From assembly GCF_000829235.1 (NCBI RefSeq), contig NZ_AP012549.1, positions 2,070,001 to 2,102,000 of the forward strand: a stretch of DNA of 32,000 nt. Reading direction: 5' to 3'. Positions within the stretch are counted from its first letter, which is position 1; each line of letters opens with the position of its first letter. The notes under the pieces were generated by a model, which worked only from the letters and a program-made list of their open reading frames with translations, made no database searches and had not been told where the DNA came from. Source of the DNA: a cyanobacterium endosymbiont of Epithemia turgida isolate EtSB Lake Yunoko. GTDB lineage: Bacteria; Cyanobacteriota; Cyanobacteriia; Cyanobacteriales; Microcystaceae. Positions 8,521 to 17,991 of this stretch are shown here, piece by piece. Both the position numbers and the translations under genes were made by a program.

Positions 8521-9654
8521 ATGCGAGTTGCCTTATTCACAGAGACCTTTTTACCCAAAATTGACGGAATCGTGACTCGTCTGCGTCATACCGTTGAACA
8601 TTTGCAGCGTAACGGCGATCAAGTATTAGTTTTCTGTCCTGATGGAGGTGTCACTGAACACAAAGGAGCCAAAGTTCATGGAGTCAAAGGAATATCTCTT
8701 CCTCTGTACCCAGAATTAAAATTAGCCATCCCTACCCCCAGTGTCGGTAAAGCAATGGAACGATTTAAACCTAATTTAGTTCATGTGGTAAATCCTGCTG
8801 TTTTAGGATTAGGGGGAATTTATTATGCTAAAACAATGAATATTCCGCTTGTTGCCTCCTATCATACCCATTTACCCCAATATCTACAACATTACGGATT
8901 AGGTTCACTAGAAGGGTTACTCTGGGAATTATTAAAATTAGGGCATAATCAGGCACAATTAAACCTCTGTACCTCAACCGCTATGGTAAATGAATTAGTC
9001 ACCCATGGTATTGAGCGAGTTGACTTATGGCAACGGGGGGTAGATACAGAAATGTTTCAACCTTATTTAAGCTCTCAACAGATGCGATCACGGTTATCAG
9101 AGGGACACCCTGAATATCCCTTATTGTTGTATGTCGGGCGAGTTTCCCCAGAAAAGCAAATTGAGAACATCAAACCTGTTCTGGAAGCTATTCCTGACGC
9201 TCGTTTAGCTGTTGTTGGGGATGGACCTCATCGAGAGGCGTTGAAAGTTCATTTTGCAGGGACTAAGACAAATTTTGTAGGTTATCTACAGGGGTTAGAG
9301 TTAGCTACCGCGTTTGCTTCATCAGATGCCTTTATTTTCCCTTCAAGAACAGAAACCCTAGGTTTAGTCTTATTAGAAGCCATGGCTGCAGGATGTCCAG
9401 TCGTAGCTGTTAATTCTGGGGGAATACCCGATATTGTTACTGATGGGGTTAATGGATATTTATTTGAGCCGGCTGATGCTGATGGGGCTATTGTTGCAAC
9501 TCAACGCTTGTTGGCAGCAAAAGAGGACCGAGAAAAATTACGAGGAAATGCTCGTCTTGAGGCAGAACGTTGGGGTTGGGGAGCGGCTACTCGCCAGTTA
9601 CGCGACTATTATCAAAAGATTCTTTATAAAGAGTCTTTATCAACTGCAGCTTAG
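8521..9654 (+). CDS. sqdX: Sulfoquinovosyl diacylglycerol synthase-like GT4 glycosyltransferase
   Basis: 377 aa. The N-terminus MRVALFTETFLPKIDGIVTRL and LPLYPELKLA match my recollection of cyanobacterial SqdX. GT4 C-terminal region TETLGLVLLEAMAAGCPVV. Confidence 0.75.
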   Translation: MRVALFTETFLPKIDGIVTRLRHTVEHLQRNGDQVLVFCPDGGVTEHKGAKVHGVKGISLPLYPELKLAIPTPSVGKAMERFKPNLVHVVNPAVLGLGGIYYAKTMNIPLVASYHTHLPQYLQHYGLGSLEGLLWELLKLGHNQAQLNLCTSTAMVNELVTHGIERVDLWQRGVDTEMFQPYLSSQQMRSRLSEGHPEYPLLLYVGRVSPEKQIENIKPVLEAIPDARLAVVGDGPHREALKVHFAGTKTNFVGYLQGLELATAFASSDAFIFPSRTETLGLVLLEAMAAGCPVVAVNSGGIPDIVTDGVNGYLFEPADADGAIVATQRLLAAKEDREKLRGNARLEAERWGWGAATRQLRDYYQKILYKESLSTAA

Positions 9655-9682
9655 ATCAACTCTAAATAAATAAGTTCAAGAA

Positions 9683-9706
9683 AGAGACGTTTGAGCAAAC
9701 GTCTCT
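9683..9706. terminator. Hairpin between convergent genes (possible bidirectional terminator)
   Basis: 10-bp perfect stem AGAGACGTTT / AAACGTCTCT with GAGC loop, located between the sqdX stop and the stop of the 9752-10225 gene. No strong U-run. Confidence 0.45.
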
Positions 9707-9751
9707 ACAAGGGTTATTCAACACAAAAAAGATTAAGGTTACAAAAACTAA

Positions 9752-10225
9752 TTAGGACATTCTATCAATAATTTTCATAAGAATATTCATGCCACTTATT
9801 GCCTGCCAACCAAACAAACTAACAATCAGAATATTAAAGGTGATATGGGCATAACGGGCTAATTCATTACCTTTTTGCATGAGAGGGGAAAGGGAAGCAG
9901 AAATAGCGATAATTGTGGTTAGACTCAACCCAACTAATAAATGAGGACCGAAAAATAATTTCTCATTATTAATATATGTAATGGCCATTCCGCCCATGTT
10001 ACCCATTACGATTAGGGACAATAGTAATGATCCTAGTTGGTAATGTCGAGTATTGAAGTATTTTAGTAGTAATTCTTTTTTAAGATCTTTATCGGCTGTC
10101 CGAGTTCGTCGCCATTGTATGCCTAAATATGAGGCATAAATGGTTAATCCGAATAATACCCACATCAGAATGGGATGGCCAAACTGTGACCAGATTTTAA
10201 TAGGTTCTGGAATATCTACTGTCAT
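9752..10225 (-). CDS. DUF4079-like integral membrane protein
   Basis: 157 aa with four hydrophobic segments. Resembles conserved cyanobacterial/plastid DUF4079 proteins (recollection, not searched). Confidence 0.6.
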   Translation of the reverse strand: MTVDIPEPIKIWSQFGHPILMWVLFGLTIYASYLGIQWRRTRTADKDLKKELLLKYFNTRHYQLGSLLLSLIVMGNMGGMAITYINNEKLFFGPHLLVGLSLTTIIAISASLSPLMQKGNELARYAHITFNILIVSLFGWQAISGMNILMKIIDRMS

Positions 10226-10319
10226 GGATGGTTCCTCTCCCTAAAATGAATACTTTACATAAGTCAACTCATTACCTAACCTATCACAATCTGCACGGAA
10301 AGCGAGAACAACTAACGGC

Positions 10320-10360
10320 AATGCTCTCAATCTAAATTAAACACTTAGCTTGAGAGCATT
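10320..10360 (-). terminator. 11-bp hairpin enclosing the stop codon of the 10337-10546 gene
   Basis: AATGCTCTCAA (10320-10330) pairs with TTGAGAGCATT (10350-10360), 19-nt loop. On the minus strand it is followed by the U-rich GCCGUUAGUUGUUCUCGCUUU. Confidence 0.4.
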
Positions 10361-10546
10361 AACTGGGACTTCGTCCCAAGAGTCTACAATTCTGATGTTG
10401 GCGATCCAACCTTCTTGTTTTTGTTGCTCACTTAAGTCTTTAAGCCAAGTTTTGTGGCATTCTTCTGCTGTTTCTTTATCACAACAAGCAATACAAGAAT
10501 AAACAATTCCACAAGGATCGATTTGTTCATTAACCCAAATTATCAT
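10337..10546 (-). CDS. Small Cys-rich hypothetical protein
   Basis: The ORF track start is a TTG at 10552; the ATG at 10546 is more likely (MIIWVNEQIDPCGIVYSCIACCDKETAEECHK...). No family recognised. Confidence 0.45.
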   Translation of the reverse strand: MIIWVNEQIDPCGIVYSCIACCDKETAEECHKTWLKDLSEQQKQEGWIANIRIVDSWDEVPVNALKLSV

Positions 10547-10585
10547 ATTCAAGAATTATCCTAATGTTTATTGATATCTCTAATT

Positions 10586-10644
10586 AATTAGTTTATTACC
10601 CTTGAATAATCAATGAAGTGATGCTCAAGGGTAATAAACTAATT
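10586..10644. repeat. Perfect 20-bp inverted repeat (AATTAGTTTATTACCCTTGA / TCAAGGGTAATAAACTAATT) with 19-nt loop
   Basis: 10586-10605 pairs with 10625-10644 at 20 of 20 positions. The right arm contains the last codons and the stop of the decayed response-regulator reading frame. Confidence 0.7.
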
Positions 10645-11231
10645 TAGCGCGGTTATTGGTTTCAGGTTTTCGAAGTAGGCTGCTAACATATTTTTCTAAT
10701 GTCTTCATTAGATAACCCAGTTGTAAGTAATTGAACTTCTCGTGGAGTAAAGTAGAAATAATTGGCGATAGACTGATTTTTATTCTCTGTTTCTTGAGAG
10801 TAATTGTTTTTTTTTCCAAAAGACTTCCGTTTCAAAAACCCTAATTCAGATTAGATCATTTGAGTTTATTCTACAAGATTTCGGACTACTGCCTTGAGTT
10901 CTTTCATTTCAAAGGGTTTAAGAAGATAAACCTCACACCCCACCTCATATCCTTGAATTCGTTCTCCCGTACTATCTCGTTCGGTCAGAAAAATCACTGG
11001 TAAAAGACGTAATTCTGGTAATCGCCGTAGATGGCGAACTAAAGTATAGCCATCTTTTTGTGGCATTTTAATATCGGATATGAATAAATGAGGACGATAT
11101 GCCCCTAAAAGAGACAAGGTTTCTTGTCTCTTTTAGACAGTTATGACAGAATAACTCTAAAGTTCTAAATAATCTTTGACAGCTAATCGAACTCCTGGAT
11201 CATCATCAGCTATTAAGATCAATAACGGCAT
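10625..11231 (-). pseudogene. Decayed NarL/FixJ-type response regulator (REC + LuxR-type HTH)
   Basis: From ATG 11231 a single frame reads MPLLILIADDDPGVRLAVKDYLEL*SYSVITV*KRQETLSLLGAYRPHLFISDIKMPQKDGY...KPFEMKELKAVVRNLVE*TQMI*SELGF...FTPREVQLLTTGLSNEDIRKIC*. In-frame stops: TAG 11157-11159, TAA 11133-11135, TAA 10866-10868, TAA 10851-10853. The end of the HTH (TLEKYVSSLLRKPETNNRAKLV) is in another frame, which implies a deletion/frameshift. ORF-track entries 10866..11117 and 10625..10819 are fragments of this gene. Confidence 0.7.
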
Positions 11232-11670
11232 AAATACAAAGCAGTCCAGTCTTTACTCTTACTAACAATCTAGAATTAGTAAGCTTATAGGGTTATATTA
11301 CCATTAGCGGTGGAGAATCTACAGAAAAGCTTTGAGGGAACTCGGAGTATGATCTTTGATCTAATCAAAGAAACATTAGATGACTTTAGGCTTCTGATTT
11401 ATATCTAAACAAAGGCTTCTAGCAAAATTTAAGATCCTTTGTTTCGCATTATGAGTTGGAGAGACTCTAGATTTTATCCAACGAATAGTAATAGTACTAG
11501 TACCGGAAAATATTTTATCACTAGACCGACACTAAGTAACCTTGCATCGAATTTAGTTATTTTTTTGTAAAATAGCAATTAATTAATCTTTTCAGTTACA
11601 AATGAGGAAACCCTTGTCGACTATTCTCTGGTTGATTGATAATCATTGATATTAATGGGGAATTAAATAA

Positions 11671-12510
11671 ATGGCTATTAAATTTACTAAGTATCATGGA
11701 TTGGGCAACGATTTCATTTTGATTGATAATCGTTTGAGTAATTCACCGTTAGTGTCTCCAGAGCAGTCCGTTAAAATGTGTGATCGCCATTTTGGAATTG
11801 GGGCAGATGGGGTTATTTTTGCTCTTCCAGGAATAGGCAATACCGACTACAGCATGCGGATTTTTAATCCTGATGGTTCTGAACCCCAAATGTGTGGTAA
11901 TGGAATTCGCTGTCTAGCCCGCTTTATTGCTCAGCTAGAAGGTGGAGAAACTCTAGGAAAAACTTATTCTATTCACACCCCAACTGGAGTAATTTCCCCT
12001 CGTTTAGAAGCTGAAGGACAAGTGAGAGTCAAAATGGGACCCCCTTATCTATTGGCCCATGAAATTCCCACCACTTTAGGAAATCCTAACGAAACAGTGA
12101 TTAATCAACCCCTAGCTGTAGCCGGAAAACTTTGGTTAGTCACCTGTGTAAGTATGGGCAACCCCCACTGTATTACTTTTGTTGACGATGCATCAGCAAT
12201 TGATTTAGCTGTCTTGGGACTTCAATTTGAATACCATCAAATGTTCCCTGAGCGAATCAATACCGAATTTATCGAGGTAGTTCGTCCTGATTATCTAAAA
12301 ATGCGGGTTTGGGAAAGAGGTGCAGGGGCTACCTTAGCCTGCGGAACAGGCGCCTGTGCATCCGTGGTGGCTGGGGTGTTGACCAAAAACTGTGTTCGCA
12401 ATTGTACAGTAGAATTACCAGGAGGCTCTCTGATGATTGAATGGTCTGAAGCCGATAATCAACTTTATATGACGGGACCGGCTCAAATAGTGTTCACAGG
12501 AAGTTATTAA
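11671..12510 (+). CDS. dapF: Diaminopimelate epimerase
   Basis: 279 aa; [21 protein letters not shown] and both catalytic Cys contexts ([16 protein letters not shown]). Confidence 0.9.
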   Translation: MAIKFTKYHGLGNDFILIDNRLSNSPLVSPEQSVKMCDRHFGIGADGVIFALPGIGNTDYSMRIFNPDGSEPQMCGNGIRCLARFIAQLEGGETLGKTYSIHTPTGVISPRLEAEGQVRVKMGPPYLLAHEIPTTLGNPNETVINQPLAVAGKLWLVTCVSMGNPHCITFVDDASAIDLAVLGLQFEYHQMFPERINTEFIEVVRPDYLKMRVWERGAGATLACGTGACASVVAGVLTKNCVRNCTVELPGGSLMIEWSEADNQLYMTGPAQIVFTGSY

Positions 12511-12550
12511 AAGTAATTTTTAAAGATATAATAAGTTCAGAAATGTTACG

Positions 12551-13003
12551 ATGAAGGATCGTTTAGAAGAAAGAAATAGATTAATGTCTCCCTTACCTGA
12601 CTATCGACCTCAAAAACTTTCCCTCGGTCATCTGGAAGCCGAAATTTTAGAGATTATTTGGGACTTAGAGACGGCAACGGTGAAGCAGATTCATGATCGC
12701 ATTTTATCTGATCCTGAACGAGAGTTGGCTTATGCTTCTGTCACTACCGTTTTACATCGTCTTACTCAAAAAGGATGGCTAGAATACTCTAAAAAAGGGC
12801 GAGCTTTTTCTTGGCATCCCCTTGTATCTCGCGAACAAGCGCGGGCCATACAGGCTTATGAGCAATTGCAGCAATTTTTAGCTATTAGTAATCCTGATAT
12901 CGTGGCAGCCTTTGCGGATAGTTTAGATACAGCTAGTCTAGAACAGTTAGATGCGATTGCGTCTCGTTTACAAACTATTCGTCGTCAACGAGAAGAGACT
13001 TAA
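12551..13003 (+). CDS. BlaI/MecI/CopY family transcriptional repressor
   Basis: 150 aa with a winged-helix region (LSLGHLEAEILEIIW ... YASVTTVLHRLTQKGWL). Its stop is 3 nt before the M56 peptidase gene. The true start may be the internal MSPL. Confidence 0.75.
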   Translation: MKDRLEERNRLMSPLPDYRPQKLSLGHLEAEILEIIWDLETATVKQIHDRILSDPERELAYASVTTVLHRLTQKGWLEYSKKGRAFSWHPLVSREQARAIQAYEQLQQFLAISNPDIVAAFADSLDTASLEQLDAIASRLQTIRRQREET

Positions 13004-13006
13004 GTT

Positions 13007-13861
13007 ATGCATTTATTAATCATAGTAGTAGCTTTAATTTTGGCTTGGAGTATTCGTCTTTATACCCCTTTATCTCATATTCCTTGGACAACTCGCTGGC
13101 AGCGATCACTATTTTGTTTTGTATTTTCTCCTTTGTTATTATTGATGACGGCGATCGCTGTCGTGGTGATGGGATGTCACGGAACAATGCTAGGATGGCA
13201 GTCTGGTTGGTATGGTTACTTATTTGCAATAGGCTTTCTTATTTTTACTGCCACTTCTATCGTGAAATTGTTTTTTCAAGGATGGCAATCTATCCAAACA
13301 ACCAATAAGTATCCTCAAAAAACTATCGAAGGAAAGACTGTAAGACTTCTTGATACTTCTTTTCCCTACAGCGCACAGGTTGGTTTTTGGAATTCTAAAT
13401 TGGTCATTAGTCAAGGACTTTTAGATACCCTAGATAAGGACCATTTCAGTGCAGTTGTTGCCCATGAAGAGGCTCATACTCAGTACCGAGATACTTTTTG
13501 GTTTTTTATATTAGGTTGGCTAGGTTATATTAGTCCTTGGTTGCCCAATACTGATGAGCTATGGCAAGATTTATTATTGTTACGAGAAATTCGGGCTGAT
13601 CGACGAGCTTCTCAACAGGTAGACCCTTTATTAATTGCCGAATCATTAGTAATTATCGCTCAAAAAATACATACAATTTCAGGAAATATAACAACAGGAA
13701 TTATGGAAGTTGCCTTCCATGATAAGACTATTTCTGGTCGTATAAATGAACGAATTGATGCTTTATTAAGTGAGTCAGAAAATTTAATCAATACTTCCTG
13801 GAAGTTGAGTTATATTTTATTAACTTTAGCTCCATTAATTTTGATTCCTTTTCATGGCTAG
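13007..13861 (+). CDS. M56 (BlaR1-like) membrane metallopeptidase without a large sensor domain
   Basis: 284 aa: N-terminal hydrophobic segments followed by HEXXH (VAHEEAHTQYRD). Operon partner of the BlaI-like repressor. Confidence 0.75.
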   Translation: MHLLIIVVALILAWSIRLYTPLSHIPWTTRWQRSLFCFVFSPLLLLMTAIAVVVMGCHGTMLGWQSGWYGYLFAIGFLIFTATSIVKLFFQGWQSIQTTNKYPQKTIEGKTVRLLDTSFPYSAQVGFWNSKLVISQGLLDTLDKDHFSAVVAHEEAHTQYRDTFWFFILGWLGYISPWLPNTDELWQDLLLLREIRADRRASQQVDPLLIAESLVIIAQKIHTISGNITTGIMEVAFHDKTISGRINERIDALLSESENLINTSWKLSYILLTLAPLILIPFHG

Positions 13862-14637
13862 ATTAGTAAATTTTAGAGATATTTCGTTTTTTTAGTCAAA
13901 TTTTCTAAAATTTAAACTATTGTAAAAAACATAGTTCCATAATTTTAGTTTTTTATTCTGAAAAATTAGCGATCAATAAAAATATAGTTTTAGTTAGATG
14001 AAGTCAATATATTAACAACTTTTTGGGAAACTTTTTGTTATTAAGACTAATAAAATATACAGCATTATTCAGTAATATACATATTTTTTCGCTATTTTTC
14101 TAATCAATTGAGAATTTAATTCTGTATTTTTTTCGTAAAATTTTGGGTTTTTAATAGTAGATATTCTATAAATAAAGAAAAACCTAAGTATTTTAAATAA
14201 AAATCAATTATTTACTAAAAAAATAATATTAAAACTTTAATTTTTTAAAAGAAATTTAATATTATTTAGCTAGATACTACTGTTACTAATTATTAGTGTT
14301 ACTTGTATTAAGTATTTTGAGCTTTTCAAAAAAGAATAAACCTAAAATAAATTTATTTAAATCATAAATTAAAAGACTATAGTATTTAATACTAAAATAA
14401 ATTATTTTTTGCCATAATATTGATTATTATTAAATCAGAAATAACAAAATAATAAGTAAGCATCAACGATAACGCTAAAATATTTTTTAGTATCTACATC
14501 TATTTTATAAGTTTAAAAATAGAAAACTTTCAATTTATCCGCCCAATCTATATATTGAAAAATTTTCTATTTTATTCGATTTAAATATAATATTTGTGCG
14601 CTTATTTTTATCATGAAGTAATTTGTTGGCTCACGGA

Positions 14638-14715
14638 TGAACTTTAATAGTTCTTGTTCCCCTAATTCTGTTAGCCTAATTTTTAGGCAGGACAGTATGT
14701 AGTTACTGCTTTTTT
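14638..14715 (+). repeat. Dispersed intergenic repeat, copy 2 (CTAATTCTGTTAGCCTAATTTTTAGGCAG ... T6)
   Basis: Same-strand alignment with copies 1 and 3. Contains the hairpin GCCTAA-TTT-TTAGGC. Ends 213 nt upstream of the ABC ATPase start. Confidence 0.65.
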
Positions 14716-14928
14716 GAAGACGCAACATATAGTTTAATCAACAGAGATAACGAACTCAGTTCAACCTTATTAATTCACAATCAATTTAGTATATCTCAAT
14801 CAGACCTAATTGTAGATTGACGACAGACCCTAGCAGTCAATGATGAGGTGAGTCATAATAGGGTCAGCGTCCTAGTCTTTTCCACGACAGGTCAGTAAGT
14901 CATTTAACCGTAGTATCGTGTCTAATCA

Positions 14929-15714
14929 ATGGCAAAAGAACCATTAATTGAACTTAAAGGAGTCAGTAAAACTTTTAGTGATCAAGTCATTCTCGATCAA
15001 ATTGACTTGACCATTTATCGAGGGGAGGCACTTGTAATTATTGGACCTTCAGGAACTGGTAAATCAACAATTTTGAGGCTTATAGCTGGATTAATCTCGA
15101 TAGATGCCGGAGAAGTTTATATCAAAGGAAAACTACGCAAAGGACTGATCGATGATGGCAATAAACCCATGAGAATTGCTCTCGTTTTTCAGCAAGCAGC
15201 CCTTTTTGACTCTCTCAATGTTGATGAAAATGTAGGATTTTTCCTTTACGAACATTCTAAACTCCCTCGTCAAAAAATTCGTCAATTAGTTGAAGAAAAA
15301 TTAGCGATGGTGGGGTTACAGGGAATAGCTACTCGATACCCTTCTCAACTTTCTGGAGGAATGCGTAAGCGAGTTAGTTTTGCTAGGGCTTTGATTGCCG
15401 ATCCTGATAATCCAGTTGATAACCCTGAAATTGTTCTCTATGATGAGCCAACAGCAGGATTAGACCCGATTTCCTCCACTATTATTGAAGATTTAGTACG
15501 CCGTCTTCAAAAAAGCTCTGGGGGATGTGATACGTATGTTATGGTCAGTCACCAAAATAGTACTATTCGTCGGACTGCTGATCGCGTAATTTTTCTCTAT
15601 GGGGGTAAAATCCAATGGGAAGGTGCAGTTGACGAGATCGATAGTAATGATAACCCTCTGATGCGACAATTTTTCAGTGCTAGTGTTCAAGGCCCAATTC
15701 GAGTCATCGATTAA
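14929..15714 (+). CDS. ABC transporter ATP-binding protein, MlaF/TGD3-like
   Basis: Walker A GPSGTGKST, signature LSGGMRKRVSFARAL, Walker B VLYDEPTAGLD. Followed by an MCE-domain gene. Confidence 0.8.
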   Translation: MAKEPLIELKGVSKTFSDQVILDQIDLTIYRGEALVIIGPSGTGKSTILRLIAGLISIDAGEVYIKGKLRKGLIDDGNKPMRIALVFQQAALFDSLNVDENVGFFLYEHSKLPRQKIRQLVEEKLAMVGLQGIATRYPSQLSGGMRKRVSFARALIADPDNPVDNPEIVLYDEPTAGLDPISSTIIEDLVRRLQKSSGGCDTYVMVSHQNSTIRRTADRVIFLYGGKIQWEGAVDEIDSNDNPLMRQFFSASVQGPIRVID

Positions 15715-15794
15715 GCTATATAGGAGGAAATTTATTCAATGAAACATATCTAAGTAATTGTCCTTCATATTCTTAGACAAAGTGAGGAGAAACC

Positions 15795-17207
15795 ATGCTA
15801 CGAATGCGAACCATTCAAGAAGGCTCTGTGGGCTTATTTGCTCTCTTGGGACTAGTTTTATTTGGAGGACTGGTAATCTGGTTACGCGGGGGAGTCTTAG
15901 GTAAAAAAAGCTATCAAATTCAGGCTACTTTCAAAGATGTAAGTAGTCTACAAATTGGGGCTCCTGTGCGTTATCGAGGGGTGGCAGTGGGAAAAATTGC
16001 TGGACTTCAACCTAGAAGCAATGGAGTCAAGGTATTGCTTGAACTTTCTTCTACTGACTTACGGATTCCCAAAAACTCTAAAATACAGATTAACCGCTAT
16101 GGACTGATTGGAGAAGCTTCAGTCGATATTACTCCATCGATAAACTTGTCTGAACAAGCCTTAGCTATTGACCCCACCAGTGCTGAATGTCTCGATAAAA
16201 GTTTGATTATTTGTGACAGTGATGAGATGACAGGAGAAACCGGTTCTCAATTATTAGAAGCGTTAACTAAACTTAGTAACGCTTATAGTGATCCCAAATT
16301 TGTCAAAAATCTCAGTAATGCTTTTGCTAGTGTTTCCGTTGCTGGGAGCAAAGTTGCTAAATTAACCGATGAAATAAGTCTTTTTTCTAAAACTGCTCGT
16401 CAAGAAGTTGGAGGTACTTCTGAGGCTATTGGAAAGATTAATCAGGCAGCTCGGGATGCCTCTCAATTAATGCGTACTGTTAATACAGTAGTTGATGAAA
16501 ACCGTAATGATCTCAATCGAGTGATTAATAATATGGCAAACTTAGTGGCTAATCTAGATGGATTAGTAGCAGAAAGTAGGGAAAATGTTATTCACACGTT
16601 AAATAGTTTGGAAAAAACTAGTGATCAAGTGCGGACTATTGCCATTGATCTAGGAAAAACCGTTAATCAAGTAAACCAAGGACTAGATTCGATAGATACC
16701 CAACAAATTGCCAGAGATTTAGAATTTTTAATGGCCAATGCGGCTGAAATGTCAGAAAATTTACGAGATGTCTCAAAATCGATTAGTGATCCTCAAGTTA
16801 TTTTAACTGTTCAAAAAACCCTGGATTCAGCACGAGTTACTTTTGAAAATGCCCAAAAAATTACCTCAGATGTAGAAGAACTTACCGGAGATTCTACCTT
16901 GAGAAATAATGTGCGTAAGTTAGTAAATGGATTGAGTAACTTGGTTTCTTTTACTAATCAATTTGAACAACAACTTTATACTGCTCAACTAATGGAGTCA
17001 GTAACAGCACAGTTAGAATATAACATGGATGTGCAAAGGAGTTTAGCTGATTCAAATATTCCTAATCAAGAAAAAAGTTTTTTCCCTAAAAAACCTATTT
17101 CTAAAGTTTTTCTTGTGTCTCCTGCTACAACATCACTTAAACAATTAAATAATCCTCTTGAGATAGTTGCTCCTGTGAATAATTCAAAAAAAATTCAAGA
17201 AGAATAA
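15795..17207 (+). CDS. MlaD/MCE-domain protein (TGD2-like) with long helical C-terminal extension
   Basis: N-terminal TM (GLFALLGLVLFGGLVIWL), then an MCE-like region (YQIQATFKDVSSLQIGAPVRYRGVAVGKI). GAGGAG lies 6 nt upstream of the ATG. Confidence 0.75.
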   Translation: MLRMRTIQEGSVGLFALLGLVLFGGLVIWLRGGVLGKKSYQIQATFKDVSSLQIGAPVRYRGVAVGKIAGLQPRSNGVKVLLELSSTDLRIPKNSKIQINRYGLIGEASVDITPSINLSEQALAIDPTSAECLDKSLIICDSDEMTGETGSQLLEALTKLSNAYSDPKFVKNLSNAFASVSVAGSKVAKLTDEISLFSKTARQEVGGTSEAIGKINQAARDASQLMRTVNTVVDENRNDLNRVINNMANLVANLDGLVAESRENVIHTLNSLEKTSDQVRTIAIDLGKTVNQVNQGLDSIDTQQIARDLEFLMANAAEMSENLRDVSKSISDPQVILTVQKTLDSARVTFENAQKITSDVEELTGDSTLRNNVRKLVNGLSNLVSFTNQFEQQLYTAQLMESVTAQLEYNMDVQRSLADSNIPNQEKSFFPKKPISKVFLVSPATTSLKQLNNPLEIVAPVNNSKKIQEE

Positions 17208-17577
17208 ACTTTAAATATCAAGTTAAATTTGAGGCTTAATAATTATGTTAGATAGTTCTAATAAACTTAGATAACTGTCTGTTTAATTATTCCTGGAACC
17301 CTAACTAATCTCCATATTCATTGTTAGAATAAATAATGGAGCACCCTAAGGACAGTAATAATGGACTTGGATTTCGATTACTGTTGAAATGACAGAAAAT
17401 TAGGTAGATAAGATTGAAAAGCGCTATCTAACTCCTTAGTTTCTCAAGGAGATTACTATCAATTTACCTTTTTTTTAACCATACTTTGGAAAACCTATCG
17501 CAATATTGCCCTTATAATGAGAGTTGGTTAACCTTAGTAGAACTTGTTATTATCTTGAGAGGAGTTACCAAAAAACA

Positions 17578-17940
17578 GTGTTTGTTCTCAATGGCTACGA
17601 ATATTTACTTGGATTTTTACTTGCATCTAGTTTGGTCCCCATTCTTGCCCTCACCGCCTCAAAACTTTTACGTCCCAGTAGAGGGGGACCCGAAAGAGTT
17701 ACCACCTATGAGTCGGGAATGGAACCTATTGGCGGTGCTTGGATTCAATTCAACATTCGCTATTACATGTTCGCGTTGGTGTTTGTCGTATTCGACGTAG
17801 AAACTGTTTTTTTGTATCCCTGGGCAGTAGCGTTTAATCAATTAGGACTGTTAGCTTTTGTGGAAGCCCTGATTTTTATCGCGATTCTAGTAATCGCCCT
17901 AGTTTATGCCTGGCGTAAAAGTGCACTCGAATGGTCCTAG
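17578..17940 (+). CDS. ndhC: NAD(P)H-quinone oxidoreductase (NDH-1) subunit 3
   Basis: The ORF track starts at 17524. The conserved N-terminus (M)[14 protein letters not shown] begins at the GTG at 17578. The remainder is typical NdhC ([25 protein letters not shown]). Confidence 0.9.
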   Translation: MFVLNGYEYLLGFLLASSLVPILALTASKLLRPSRGGPERVTTYESGMEPIGGAWIQFNIRYYMFALVFVVFDVETVFLYPWAVAFNQLGLLAFVEALIFIAILVIALVYAWRKSALEWS

Positions 17941-17991
17941 CATCAGCGATCAATTGGGAATTGTTCATTGTTCATTGATAATTATCAAACC

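Noticed and set aside
9434-9673. 79-aa plus-strand ORF overlapping the 3' end of sqdX
   Set aside because: Alternative frame of a well-supported gene, with no independent signals.
13020-13414. Three short ORFs (13020..13229 minus, 13045..13308 plus, 13220..13414 minus) inside the M56 peptidase gene
   Set aside because: All overlap the 13007..13861 gene, which carries the HEXXH motif and the operon context. They are shadow frames.
14637-14702. Micro-ORF running through the repeat core (copy 2: MNFNSSCSPNSVSLIFRQDSM; copy 3 same frame: NFNNTCSSNCIILIFRHTGI)
   Set aside because: Frame conservation simply reflects the absence of indels in the core. Copy 3 has no start codon in frame, and copy 1 has three stops in this frame.
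15493-15690. 65-aa antisense ORF inside the ABC ATPase gene
   Set aside because: Antisense shadow of a gene with complete Walker A, signature and Walker B motifs.
17486-17800. 104-aa ORF overlapping ndhC in another frame
   Set aside because: The ndhC frame is unambiguous, and this ORF has no recognisable features.
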